DNA of 64,000 nt from an uncultured delta proteobacterium (GTDB taxonomy: Bacteria; Myxococcota; Myxococcia; Myxococcales; Myxococcaceae). Positions 20,915 to 30,541 of the stretch are shown piece by piece; positions within the stretch are counted from its first letter, which is position 1; each line of letters opens with the position of its first letter. The notes beneath the pieces are model-generated. The model was given only the letters and a program-made list of their open reading frames with translations, did no database searches and had not been told where the DNA came from. A program made the position numbers and the translations under genes. The stretch is taken from NCBI GenBank assembly GCA_963776345.1, contig CAVZMH010000003.1, positions 153,271-217,270 of the forward strand, in the 5' to 3' direction.

Positions 20915-22041
20915 GATCCCCCCTCGCGCCAGAGGAGCCCGAGCACCCCGCGCGGGAGCCAGCGGGTCACCACGATGAAGGCGAGCCCGAGCACGAAGAG
21001 CCACAGCTCGGGGACGGCGACGGTGAGGACGCTCTTCGCCCCGTTGACCAGCGCCGCGCCGAGGATCGGCCCGAGCAGCGTGCCCCGTCCGCCCACCGCC
21101 ACCGCGATGGCGATCTCCACCGAGTTGGCGGGGGACATCTCGCCCGGGTTGATGATGCCCACCTGGGGCACGTAGAGCGCGCCGGCGATGCCGCAGATGG
21201 CGGCGGAGAGCGTCCAGACGAAGAGCTTGAACGCGACCGGGTCGTAGCCGCAGAAGCGCACGCGGTCCTCCGCGTCCCGGATGGCGGTGAGCACCCGGCC
21301 CAGCTTGGAGAGCACCAGGGCGCGGCAGAGGACCACCGCGCCCAGGAGGAGGGTGGCCGAGAGCATCAGCAGCACCACCCGGGTGCGCGGGCTGGTGAGC
21401 GAGAAGCCCAGGATGCGCTTGAAGTCGGTGAAGCCGTTGTTCCCGCCGAACCCGGTCTGGTTCCGGAAGAAGAGCAGCATCGCGGCGTAGGTGAGCGCCT
21501 GGGTGATGATGGAGAAGTAGACGCCGCGGATGCGCGAGCGGAAGGCGAACCAGCCGAAGACGAAGGCCAGGAGCGCCGGTGCCAGCACCACCAGCAGCGC
21601 CTGCTGGAGGAAGTGGTCCGAGCCGAGCCAGTACCAGGGCAGCTCCTTCCAGTCGAGGAACACCATGAAGTCGGGCAGGAGGGGATCGCCGTACACGCCC
21701 TCCCGGCCGATGGCCCGCATCAGGTACATGCCCATCGCGTAGCCGCCGAGGGCGAAGAACAGCCCGTGGCCCAGCGAGAGGATGCCGGTGTAGCCCCAGA
21801 CCAGATCCATCGCCAGGGCCACCGTGGCGTAGCAGAGGATCTTCCCCACCAGGGTGACCGTGTAGTCCGAGAGGTGGAGCGCCGAGCTGGCCGGCACCGC
21901 GAGGTGGAGCAGGGGCACCGCGACCACCAGCACGCCGTAGACGGCGAGGATGACCGCCCAGACCCTGCGCGGGTAGAGCGGCCGGCCGGGCCTGGCGGGC
22001 GCGACGACCGAGGGCGGGAAGGCGACGGTGGCCGTGCTCAC
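20911..22041 (-). CDS. urtC: Urea ABC transporter permease UrtC
   Basis: DLVWGYTGILSLGH, GVYFSIITQA, GFGGNNGFTDF. Confidence 0.95.
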   Translation of the reverse strand: MSTATVAFPPSVVAPARPGRPLYPRRVWAVILAVYGVLVVAVPLLHLAVPASSALHLSDYTVTLVGKILCYATVALAMDLVWGYTGILSLGHGLFFALGGYAMGMYLMRAIGREGVYGDPLLPDFMVFLDWKELPWYWLGSDHFLQQALLVVLAPALLAFVFGWFAFRSRIRGVYFSIITQALTYAAMLLFFRNQTGFGGNNGFTDFKRILGFSLTSPRTRVVLLMLSATLLLGAVVLCRALVLSKLGRVLTAIRDAEDRVRFCGYDPVAFKLFVWTLSAAICGIAGALYVPQVGIINPGEMSPANSVEIAIAVAVGGRGTLLGPILGAALVNGAKSVLTVAVPELWLFVLGLAFIVVTRWLPRGVLGLLWREGGS

Positions 22042-23651
22042 CCCTCCTCCAGCGCCCGTCCGCGCAGCGCAAAGAGCCCCTGCGGGCGGCGCTGGATGAA
22101 GAGGATGACGAACGCCAGGACGACGATCTTCGCCATCACTGCGCCCGCCCACGGCTCGAGCAGCTTGTTCACCACCCCCAGGCTGCCGGCGGCGATGGTG
22201 GTGCCCGCGAGCTGGCCCACTCCTCCCAGCACCACCACCATGAAGCAGTCGACGATGAAGCCCTGGCCCAGCTCGGGGCCCACGTTGCCGATCTGCGAGA
22301 GCGCGCAGCCGCCGAGCCCGGCGATGCCCGAGCCGACGGCGAAGGCGAGCAGGTCGATGCGCGGCGTGGGCACGCCCAGGCCCGCCGCCCGCTGCCGGTC
22401 CTGGGTGACGGCGCGGACCAGGAGCCCCAGCCGGGTGCGGGTGAGCAGGGCCCAGACGCCGAGCAGCACCCCGGCGGAGAAGAGGAGGATGACGATCCGG
22501 TTCCAGGGCAGGACCAGGTCCGGGAGCAGGGTGACGCCGCCGGACATCCAGCTCGGGTTCGAGACCTCGACGTTCTGGGCGCCGAAGGCCACGCGCACCG
22601 TCTGGATGATGAGGAGGCTCGCGCCCCAGGTGGCGAGCAGCGTCTCCAGCGGACGTCCGTAGAGCTTCCGGACCACCGTCACCTCGAGCAGCGCGCCCAC
22701 CAGCGCGGCGGCGAGGAACGAGGCGGGGAGGGCGGCGAGCAGGTACCAGTCGAAGGCCCGCGAGCCCCGGAACGCGGTCTGCACCAGCCAGGTGGCGTAG
22801 GCGCCCACCATCAGGAGCTCGCCGTGGGCCATGTTGATGACCCCCATCAAGCCAAAGGTGATTGCCAGCCCCAGCGCCGCGAGCAGGAGGATGCTCCCCA
22901 GGCTGAGCCCGGAGAAGGCCAGCCCCACCATCGCCGCGCGCTGGAGCGCCAGGTCCACGCCTCGGATGGCGTCCTTGAGAACGGCGAGCACCTCGGGGTC
23001 CTGCTCCACCTCCAGCCGCTGCATCAGCTGCCGCTTGGCGTGTGCCTTGCGCAGCTCGTCGATCGCTGCCAGTCGCTGGGCCGGGTCGGCACTGGCCAGG
23101 GCGAGCATCGCCGCGGTGGCGCGGAGGGCCTCCTTGACCTGGGGGTCCCTCTCCCGGGCGAGCGCCTTCTGGACCGCGGGGAGGACCTCGGGGGCGGGGT
23201 TCTCTTGCAGCACGCGGGCGGCGGCGAGCCGCTCGGCGGCCGTGCCGGAGAAGAGCCCCAGCGCGGCCACGGCCCGCTCCAGCGTCCGCCGGAGCCGGTT
23301 GTTGATGGTCACCTGCTCCAGCTGGTCCCGATCGACCGACGCTGGCGTCCCGGTGAGCGCGTCCTGCAGCGTGCCCTGGTGGTCGACCAGGACCGTCTGG
23401 CCGACGTAGAGGTTCCCCTCGAGGAGCGCGCGAAGGACGGGCAGAGCCTGCACGTCGGTCGCCTCCACCAGGGCGGCGATGGTGTCGTCGCGCGACTCGG
23501 GCTTGACCAGCCTGTCCAGGGTGGCGGCATCGAGCGTGAGCGTGGGGGCGCGCTCCGGCGGCGGCGGCGCCGCAGCGCGGGTCGCCACCGCCGTGAGCAC
23601 GGTCAGGAGGAGCAGGGGACGGCGCAGGTCAGCGCTCGGCACGCTTCTCAT
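22038..23651 (-). CDS. urtB: Urea ABC transporter permease UrtB with an N-terminal periplasmic domain
   Basis: NNRLR; GVINMAHGE; LYGRPLETLLATWG. Confidence 0.94.
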   Translation of the reverse strand: MRSVPSADLRRPLLLLTVLTAVATRAAAPPPPERAPTLTLDAATLDRLVKPESRDDTIAALVEATDVQALPVLRALLEGNLYVGQTVLVDHQGTLQDALTGTPASVDRDQLEQVTINNRLRRTLERAVAALGLFSGTAAERLAAARVLQENPAPEVLPAVQKALARERDPQVKEALRATAAMLALASADPAQRLAAIDELRKAHAKRQLMQRLEVEQDPEVLAVLKDAIRGVDLALQRAAMVGLAFSGLSLGSILLLAALGLAITFGLMGVINMAHGELLMVGAYATWLVQTAFRGSRAFDWYLLAALPASFLAAALVGALLEVTVVRKLYGRPLETLLATWGASLLIIQTVRVAFGAQNVEVSNPSWMSGGVTLLPDLVLPWNRIVILLFSAGVLLGVWALLTRTRLGLLVRAVTQDRQRAAGLGVPTPRIDLLAFAVGSGIAGLGGCALSQIGNVGPELGQGFIVDCFMVVVLGGVGQLAGTTIAAGSLGVVNKLLEPWAGAVMAKIVVLAFVILFIQRRPQGLFALRGRALEEG

Positions 23652-24870
23652 TGCCGGGGATGAACGGGCTCCAGGGCTGGGCGCGGACGGGCTTGGTGGT
23701 CTTCCACACCACGGAGAACTGCCCGTTGCCCTGCACCTCGCCGATCATCACCGGCTTCCACAGGTGATGGTTGGTCTCGTCCATCTTCAGCGTGAAGCCC
23801 GAGGGCGCGGGGAAGGTCTGCCCGCTCATCGCCGTGCGCACCGCGTCCACCTTGGTCGTCCCGGCCTTCTTCACCGCCTGGGCCCACATGTGGATGCCGA
23901 CGTAGGTGGCCTCCATCGGGTCGTTGGTGACGCGCCCGTCGCCGCCCGGCAGGCCGGTCTTCTTCACGTAGGCCTTCCACTGGTTGATGAAGGCGGTGTT
24001 CACCGGGTTCTTCACCGACATGAAGTAGTTCCAGGCGGCCAGGTGACCCACCAGCGGCTTGGTGTCGATGCCCCGCAGCTCCTCCTCGCCGACCGAGAAG
24101 GCCACCACCGGGATGTCGGTCGCCTTCAGGCCCTGGTTGCCCAGCTCCTTGTAGAAGGGGACGTTCGAGTCGCCGTTGATGGTGGAGACGACCGCGGTGT
24201 GGCCGCCCGCGCCGAACGCTTTGATCTGCGCGACGATGGTCTGGTAGTCGCTGTGACCGAAGGGCGTGTACGTCTCCTGGATGTCCTTGTCGGTGATTCC
24301 CTTGGAGTGCAGGAAGGCCCGGAGGATCTTGTTGGTGGTCCGGGGGTAGACGTAGTCGGTTCCGAGGAGGAAGAAGCGGGTCGCGCCGCCGCCCTCCTTG
24401 GACATGAGGTATTCCACCGCGGGGATGGCCTGCTGGTTCGGCGCCGCGCCGGTGTAGAAGACGTTCTTGCTCAGCTCCTCACCCTCGTACTGCACCGGGT
24501 AGTAGAGCAGGCCGTTCAGCTCCTCGAAGACCGGGAGCACCGACTTCCGCGAGACCGAGGTCCAGCAGCCGAAGACCGCCGCGACCTTGTCCTTGGTGAG
24601 CAGCTGGCGGGCCTTCTCCGCGAAGAGCGGCCAGTTGGAGGCGGGGTCCACCACCACGGGCTCGATCTTCTTCCCCAGCACGCCGCCCTTGGCGTTGATC
24701 TCCTCGATGGTCATCAGCGCGACGTCCTTCAGGGAGGTCTCGCTGATCGCCATCGTCCCCGAGAGCGAGTGGAGGATGCCGACCTTGATGGTCTCCTCGG
24801 CGCGGGTCTGGGCCGCCGACAAGAGGGTGAGAGTGAACGCCAGCGCAGCGAGCCTGAGGCTCTTGATCAT
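23629..24870 (-). CDS. urtA: Urea ABC transporter substrate-binding protein UrtA
   Basis: Signal peptide, HSLSGTMAISE, GCWTSVSRK, YPVQYEG; GAAGGAG RBS. Confidence 0.97.
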   Translation of the reverse strand: MIKSLRLAALAFTLTLLSAAQTRAEETIKVGILHSLSGTMAISETSLKDVALMTIEEINAKGGVLGKKIEPVVVDPASNWPLFAEKARQLLTKDKVAAVFGCWTSVSRKSVLPVFEELNGLLYYPVQYEGEELSKNVFYTGAAPNQQAIPAVEYLMSKEGGGATRFFLLGTDYVYPRTTNKILRAFLHSKGITDKDIQETYTPFGHSDYQTIVAQIKAFGAGGHTAVVSTINGDSNVPFYKELGNQGLKATDIPVVAFSVGEEELRGIDTKPLVGHLAAWNYFMSVKNPVNTAFINQWKAYVKKTGLPGGDGRVTNDPMEATYVGIHMWAQAVKKAGTTKVDAVRTAMSGQTFPAPSGFTLKMDETNHHLWKPVMIGEVQGNGQFSVVWKTTKPVRAQPWSPFIPGNEKRAER

Positions 24871-24909
24871 TCCGGTCTCCTTCGGCCTGCATGGGCCGAC
24901 ACCGGAGGT

Positions 24910-24925
24910 TGCAAGCGCCGGACCA
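24910..24925 (-). promoter_or_regulatory. sigma54 -24/-12 promoter of the urt-ure operon
   Basis: Minus strand TGGTCCGGCGCTTGCA (TGG-N8-TTGCA), 40 nt upstream of the urtA ATG. Confidence 0.75.
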
Positions 24926-24981
24926 CGCACACCCGGGCCCGCTTTCCCTGTGGAGCGCGTTCGGCTGACATCCGGGCCGAA

Positions 24982-25142
24982 CGACAAAAGCGTAGGAACT
25001 GCCTCAAAAGCTGACGAAGCTGTCTGGAGCCTGCCGACCGGTCGGAAATCGACGCCGGGGGCGCCGGCCAGCCGTTCCGGGCCTTGACGCGGCTCGCCAG
25101 ACGGAATTGTCGGATCACACGATCAGGTGACGATTTTGTCAC
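24982..25142. promoter_or_regulatory. Four GAC-N6-GT(C/A) palindromes (putative enhancer sites)
   Basis: GACAAAAGCGTA 24983, GACGAAGCTGTC 25013, GACGGAATTGTC 25100, GTGACGATTTTGTCAC 25127. Confidence 0.6.
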
Positions 25143-25237
25143 CGCGCCACGACGGTCGGGTCGGGGCGCGCGTGTCACCGGGAGACGTGGTAACCGGCGG
25201 CCGACCCGCCTCGGCGACACTTGGCCGTGCGGACGCT

Positions 25238-25420
25238 GGCCTCCTGGAAGGCAACGGCCCCGAAATTGTCGCTGCCGGTGAAGAGCTCGAGCATGCGGGA
25301 GGCCGCGCCGCTGGCGGTCGCGTGGCCCGACGGGTAGCCCGGAAACGGCGGGGTGACGAACGTCGCCGGAGAGTAGGGGCGCCAGTCCGCGGCCGGGATC
25401 AGGCGGGTGCCCAGGCCCGG
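25238..25420 (-). pseudogene. Internal fragment of a vanadium haloperoxidase/PAP2-superfamily gene
   Basis: WRPYSPATFVTPPFPGYPSGHATASGAA..L.LFTGSD.FG (the PxYxSGH motif); no N- or C-terminal parts. Confidence 0.75.
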
Positions 25421-25490
25421 AGTAGAGCTGCGCCCACCATTGGAGGCACAAGCCGCCGATTGAGCCTCGGCCCTGTCGCAGAGGTAGGCT

Positions 25491-26255
25491 GTGCATCCCC
25501 TCGAGGAGCAACTGCGTCCGTTGAAACAGGCCCTTGTCACCGGAGCGAGTCGAGGTATCGGGGCTGCCGCCGCGATCGCCCTCGCTCAGCATGGCTTCCG
25601 AGTGTGGCTGCACTACCGGGCTCGCGAAGACGCTGCCCGACAGGTGGCCCGAAGCATCGTCGAGAGGGGAGGACCAGAGCCCATCCTCGCGCGTTTCGAC
25701 CTCGCGGATCGGAAGGCCGCGAGTGAGGCCGTACACGCTTTGACCGAACAGCAGGGAGCCGCGGACGCGCTGGTCCTCGCTGCCGGGGTCACGCACAACG
25801 CGCTCTTCGCCCTCACCCCCGACAAGGAATGGGATGACGTCATCGCGACGAATCTGGGTGGACTGCTCGCCGTCGGGCGGCCGATCGTCAAGTCGATGCT
25901 CCGTGTTCGTGCCGGTCGGATCGTCGTGGTCTCCTCGGTGGTCGCGCACATCGGAAACGCCGGACAGGTCGCCTATGCGGCCACGAAGGGCGGACTGAGC
26001 TCGGCAGCCCTCTCTCTGGCCAGAGAACTTGCGCCTCGGGGCATCACGGTCAACGTGGTCGCGCCAGGGCTGGTGGACACGGAGATGGTTCAAGGAGCTC
26101 CGATCGAGCGGCTGCTGGCCGGCGTTCCCGCAGGCAGGCTCGGTCGACCGTCGGAGGTGGCCCACGTCATCCGGTACCTGTGTAGCGAGGAGTCGGGCTG
26201 CCTGACCGGCCAGGTCTTTCACGTCGACGGCGGGATGTCCCTCCAGTCCTCATGA
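25491..26255 (+). CDS. fabG: 3-oxoacyl-ACP reductase (aryl-polyene-type FabG)
   Basis: TGASRGIG, GNAGQVAYAATK, VAPG.VDTEM. Confidence 0.92.
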   Translation: MHPLEEQLRPLKQALVTGASRGIGAAAAIALAQHGFRVWLHYRAREDAARQVARSIVERGGPEPILARFDLADRKAASEAVHALTEQQGAADALVLAAGVTHNALFALTPDKEWDDVIATNLGGLLAVGRPIVKSMLRVRAGRIVVVSSVVAHIGNAGQVAYAATKGGLSSAALSLARELAPRGITVNVVAPGLVDTEMVQGAPIERLLAGVPAGRLGRPSEVAHVIRYLCSEESGCLTGQVFHVDGGMSLQSS

Positions 26256-26716
26256 CCGAACGTCCGGGTGCGTTTCCGCCGGTCTCCAGCGTCCTTCCCC
26301 ACCGGGCACCGTTCCTGTTCATCGAGCGGGTCGTTGAGCTCACCGAGGACAGGGTGGTCGCGGTTCGGACCTTCCGCCCCGATGAGCCATTCTTCGTCGG
26401 GCACTTTCCTGGTCGCCCCGTGGTACCGGGAGTGGTGCTCATTGAAGGCCTCGCCCAGGCGATGGCCTATCACTCGCTGTCTCATCATCCGTCCCGGGAA
26501 ATCTTCCTGGTGGGGATCGACCACGCCCGCTTTCGGTCTCCCGTCGGGTTCGGAGTCGAAGTGAGATTCGACATCCACGTGGGGGAGCAGCGGTTTGGAT
26601 TGACGAAAGGGGAGGGGGAAGTCAGGACCGCCACCCAGCAGGTCGCCCGTGCAACGCTGCTTGGTTACACCGCAGACCCCCGCGCGCCCCCCCCCAACGC
26701 TGGAGGTTCGCCGTGA
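26252..26716 (+). CDS. fabZ: 3-hydroxyacyl-ACP dehydratase
   Basis: LPHRAPFLFI, GHFPGRPVVPGVVLIEGLAQ. Confidence 0.93.
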   Translation: MTERPGAFPPVSSVLPHRAPFLFIERVVELTEDRVVAVRTFRPDEPFFVGHFPGRPVVPGVVLIEGLAQAMAYHSLSHHPSREIFLVGIDHARFRSPVGFGVEVRFDIHVGEQRFGLTKGEGEVRTATQQVARATLLGYTADPRAPPPNAGGSP

Positions 26717-26733
26717 AGTGCTCCGGACCTTGA

Positions 26734-27426
26734 TCACTGTCCGAGCTCGAGCAGCTCGTCGGGTACCGCGAATCCAGGCTGGTAGTCGGTGACGGCGAGC
26801 TCGAGGCTGAACCCTCGAGCGTCGGTCAGAATGACCCGGCGGGCGATGAGCTGGCCGTGGATGACCTGCCGCTCGTCGTAGAGGATCTCCAGCACCATCT
26901 GGCCCTTGCGGAAGAAGCGCTTCCGGAAGACCGCGAGGTCGTCGAGGCGATGCCAGACCTCGACGGCATCCACGTCCTCCTCGGCCAGAGATCCTCGATT
27001 CACCCAAGCTCCGTCCGAGAACGTTGGCGGGCCTCGTCCCTCGACGAAGTAGATGCGTTCGACCGAGCGGCCGATCTCCAGCGGGTCGACTCGCGAGGCA
27101 ACGTCCGGCAGGTAGATCTTCGATTGCCAGTGACCGGAAAGCTTCGCGATGTCGAAGAGCTTCGGCCCCAACGGCAGGTTCGCCGACACGCGGAACGAGC
27201 CATCACGACGTCCCAGGAGGTACCCGGTCATCGGGAAGCTCCGGCCCTGGTACCGGGCGACCACCTGGTGGAGCATCCTGAACGTCTCCGGCTCGGCCGC
27301 CGCCCGCCGGTTCAACTCCAGGGACGCGGCTTCCGCCGAAGGAGGAGGGGCGGGCGCGCTGGAGGTGGTCGCGCAGCCCGCGACAGCGACAAGCGTGCAG
27401 AGCATCAAGGAGTGATGCGCTCTCAT
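26734..27426 (-). CDS. Lipoprotein (aryl-polyene cluster, DUF3261/LolB-like)
   Basis: Lipobox VAGC; LPLGPKLF; adjacent to MMPL and LolA-like genes. Confidence 0.65.
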   Translation of the reverse strand: MRAHHSLMLCTLVAVAGCATTSSAPAPPPSAEAASLELNRRAAAEPETFRMLHQVVARYQGRSFPMTGYLLGRRDGSFRVSANLPLGPKLFDIAKLSGHWQSKIYLPDVASRVDPLEIGRSVERIYFVEGRGPPTFSDGAWVNRGSLAEEDVDAVEVWHRLDDLAVFRKRFFRKGQMVLEILYDERQVIHGQLIARRVILTDARGFSLELAVTDYQPGFAVPDELLELGQ

Positions 27427-29852
27427 CCGGCCGTGCTTTCCGATGCTCGCCCGGACGACCGGAGGTGGGGAATGAGAAATAGCGCGACGAGGGCACTGAT
27501 GCCGATGCCGAGGCCCACCGCGAGACCCATCGTCTGAATGGCTCGATACGAGGCGAGCGAGAGTGTGCCGAATCCGGCCAGAGTCGTGCTCGAGGTCAGC
27601 AGCACTCCAGTGAACTCGACGCTGGAGGTCCTGGTCGGGTTGGTCAGTCCCTGCACCGAAAAGATTCCGTAGTCGACGCCGCAGCCCAGGATCAACACCA
27701 GCGCGCTGGCGGATACGAGGTTCAAGGGAATGTGCGTCAGAGACAGAATGGTGAGCGTCCCCAGCAACCCGAGTGCCCCCGGAGCGCAGGCGAGCAGGGC
27801 CAATCTCGCAGAGCGAAAGGCGAACACCAGCAGCACCAGATTCGCCAGCAAACCGACGCCGCTGAGCAGAGCCATTTGCTTCGGGATCGCGGCAACCGTC
27901 TCCGCGGCCAGTGCCCCTCCGTCGATGACCGTGACCTCGGGAGGGAGGCGGCTCTTGAGCTCGGGAATGACCGAGGGGCGGGCTGGATCGAAAGGGGTGA
28001 CGGCGATGCAGCCCGAGCTGGAGCAGCGCAGCAGCCGGCGAACCAGGGAGTCCAGTGAGGTCTGGGCCAGATCTCCCGGCTCGAGAGGAGAGGTCTCGCC
28101 CGAACGAACGGCCTCGACACCACGCCAGAACGGTTCGAATGCGTGCTCGGTGAAACCGAACCTCCCGGCGGCGTCGTCCAGCGCCGTTGCGGCGGCGGAG
28201 ACGTCCAAGCCTTGAAGACGCCCCTGCCGCTCCTTCTGAGTTCTCAAGGAAGGCAGGAAGGAGCTCAAGCTCAGGACGTGCGACACGTCGCCGTCGCGCT
28301 GGGCTCGATGGAGGACTCTTCCGACCGCATCCGAAAGGCGGAGTGCATCCTCCACCGTCCCCGCGCGGGCCACCACGAGCGAGTCGGAACCCTGCAGCCC
28401 GAAACGCTTCCGCACCTCCTCGTACTCGGCGAGCGTCTCTGGCCGCTGTGCGTCGAGGTGGCGAAGCTCACCGTCGAACCGAAGTCGCGGCAACGACACT
28501 GCCGAGACGGCGACCACCAGGATGACGATGCTCCAGGCCAGAAGGGGTGGGAGCCGCAGCAGCTGAAGGTCGAGCATCCAGCGAGGAATCGGCGAGGAAT
28601 CCCGGAGCCCCCAGCGGGCACCGAGCGCCACGACCAGGGTCAGTGTGGCAGCGAACGCGAAAGCGATGCCCGTTCCTGCAAACAGTGCGAGCTCACGAAG
28701 CCCTGGGAAGCGCGAGAAGAGCATCAGGGCGAACGCCATCATCGTGGTGATGAACCCGAGCCAGAGTGAACGGCGGCTCTCCCTCAGTCCGGCCGCAAGG
28801 CGCTGGAGTGGTGAGCCGGCGTGCACGGAGGCCGCGTTGAGCAGGTACATCGGGAAATCGATCGCAATCCCGATCAGCACCGATCCAAAAGCGAAGGTCA
28901 GGGGGTGGATTCGACCCTGGATCGAAGCGACCGATAGCAGTCCACCCACCATTCCGAAAACCAAGGTGACAGACGCCAGCACGATCAAGCGCAGGCTTCG
29001 GAACCGGAGCATGAAGATCGTCATCAGCGCGACGACCGAGGTGAACATCGTCACCATGATGTCTTGCTTGACGGTTGCGGCGCTCTCGGATGCGAAACGT
29101 GGGCCCCCGACCACCTGCAGCCTGGCCACCCGCCCCGCGTCCAGTGGAAGCTTGGTCGCTTCGCCTTCGAGTCGAGCCAGGAGTGATGCCGAGGCCTCGG
29201 TCTCCAGAGCCGATGCCTTCGTGACCCCGATCAGCAACAGATGCTTCTGGTCGGTAGAGAGGAGCTGACCGGCATAGGATTTCACACTGACCGCACCGCT
29301 CAACCCCGAGAGGACCTCTCCGTCCAGATCGAGCGGGTCCTGGAGCAGGTCCTTCTTCGTGACGATCGCCTGAGGGGCGGAGAGCTTGGCCTTGAGGGTG
29401 GCCAGCAACCCGGGGAGCCGGGAGGGGGACAGGCGGTCCTCGATCGCGGCGCGTGGATCCTCGAGTAGATAAAAACGACGGGGGAAGAGGACTCGCCCCA
29501 CCTTCATCATCTCCTCGGTGGTCTGTCCGGCGACGATCTCGGAGAACGCTCCGGAGGACCGAAGACGGGTTGCGAGCGCCTCACCCGCCCGGGCGAGTTC
29601 CGCCGGGCTCGCACCGGGGATCTCCAGATCCAGGAGCAGCACATTGAGGGCACCAAATTCCTCCAGAAGCTTTGCCGCCTCGCGCGGGGAGCCAGGTCCC
29701 TCCGGAAGCATGGCCCCGATGTCCTGCTCGACGACCGTGCTCCTCGCCAGCCAGAGGCCGGCGGCCAGGAAACAGAGAGAGAGTGCCAGGGAGAGGGCGA
29801 GATGCGAGGTCAGCCAGATTTGAAGCCGTGTCAGACCCGGCTGGCCCTGCAT
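27423..29852 (-). CDS. MMPL/RND-family exporter (aryl-polyene type)
   Basis: Two repeats of periplasmic loop plus TM bundle; GIAIDF and GCGVDYGIF motifs. Confidence 0.9.
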   Translation of the reverse strand: MQGQPGLTRLQIWLTSHLALSLALSLCFLAAGLWLARSTVVEQDIGAMLPEGPGSPREAAKLLEEFGALNVLLLDLEIPGASPAELARAGEALATRLRSSGAFSEIVAGQTTEEMMKVGRVLFPRRFYLLEDPRAAIEDRLSPSRLPGLLATLKAKLSAPQAIVTKKDLLQDPLDLDGEVLSGLSGAVSVKSYAGQLLSTDQKHLLLIGVTKASALETEASASLLARLEGEATKLPLDAGRVARLQVVGGPRFASESAATVKQDIMVTMFTSVVALMTIFMLRFRSLRLIVLASVTLVFGMVGGLLSVASIQGRIHPLTFAFGSVLIGIAIDFPMYLLNAASVHAGSPLQRLAAGLRESRRSLWLGFITTMMAFALMLFSRFPGLRELALFAGTGIAFAFAATLTLVVALGARWGLRDSSPIPRWMLDLQLLRLPPLLAWSIVILVVAVSAVSLPRLRFDGELRHLDAQRPETLAEYEEVRKRFGLQGSDSLVVARAGTVEDALRLSDAVGRVLHRAQRDGDVSHVLSLSSFLPSLRTQKERQGRLQGLDVSAAATALDDAAGRFGFTEHAFEPFWRGVEAVRSGETSPLEPGDLAQTSLDSLVRRLLRCSSSGCIAVTPFDPARPSVIPELKSRLPPEVTVIDGGALAAETVAAIPKQMALLSGVGLLANLVLLVFAFRSARLALLACAPGALGLLGTLTILSLTHIPLNLVSASALVLILGCGVDYGIFSVQGLTNPTRTSSVEFTGVLLTSSTTLAGFGTLSLASYRAIQTMGLAVGLGIGISALVALFLIPHLRSSGRASESTAG

Positions 29853-29853
29853 C

Positions 29854-30444
29854 TCAGCGCCTGGCTTTTTCGATGACGTGGTCACGAAAGGCGATGTCCG
29901 TCCGATCGCCATCGGGTTCCTGGAGGGAAACGCGCCGCAAGCGGTACTCCGGATCGAACTCCAGATCGATCGCCTGGACCGAGTGGGAAAGCGCTTCGGA
30001 ACGCGGCTTCAGAGAGACCCTGAGTGGCCGGGCTCGGTCGATTCGGAGCTCGAACAGAGGCAGGAGACGTTCGAGGTCCGCTTCGAGCACCGCGCGGAGG
30101 GTCTCGAAGACCTTCCCCATCCCGGGCTCGGACGTGAGGTCGAAGCTCTGGGGAGACGACATGCCGGACATGGTCAGTGTCGCCGTCGTCCCCTCGAGGA
30201 CGAGCTCACTTTCGCTCGGTGGGTCGGTGTGCCAGACGAGTCGACCGCCGCGGTGGTAGCTGATTCGCCCGGTGCTCACCAGCGTGTCTCGGAGTGCCTT
30301 GAGGTGCTTCGTTTGCTCGAAGCGCGCCGAGAGCGACAGGGTACGCTGCAGGGACTCGCGAAGCGGAGCCAGCTCCGGAGGCACGCCTTTCGGTGCGGGG
30401 CTGGCACAGAGGACCACCGGCAGGAGCACGGCAAGCAGGTCCAT
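29854..30444 (-). CDS. LolA-like lipoprotein carrier
   Basis: RFEQTKHL..L.STG..LVW...P; GDRTDIAF. Confidence 0.85.
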   Translation of the reverse strand: MDLLAVLLPVVLCASPAPKGVPPELAPLRESLQRTLSLSARFEQTKHLKALRDTLVSTGRISYHRGGRLVWHTDPPSESELVLEGTTATLTMSGMSSPQSFDLTSEPGMGKVFETLRAVLEADLERLLPLFELRIDRARPLRVSLKPRSEALSHSVQAIDLEFDPEYRLRRVSLQEPDGDRTDIAFRDHVIEKARR

Positions 30445-30541
30445 CGGAGCGTGAGGCTATCACGCTGCCCCAGGAGCATCGGGGTCCAGCTGCTGGACTT
30501 GCCGTTCCCGGACATGGGAAGAACGGTGCTCGGGGAATCAC

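Noticed and set aside
25222..25236. Divergent sigma54 promoter for fabG
   Set aside because: GG-N10-GC without TT; expected by chance at this GC content
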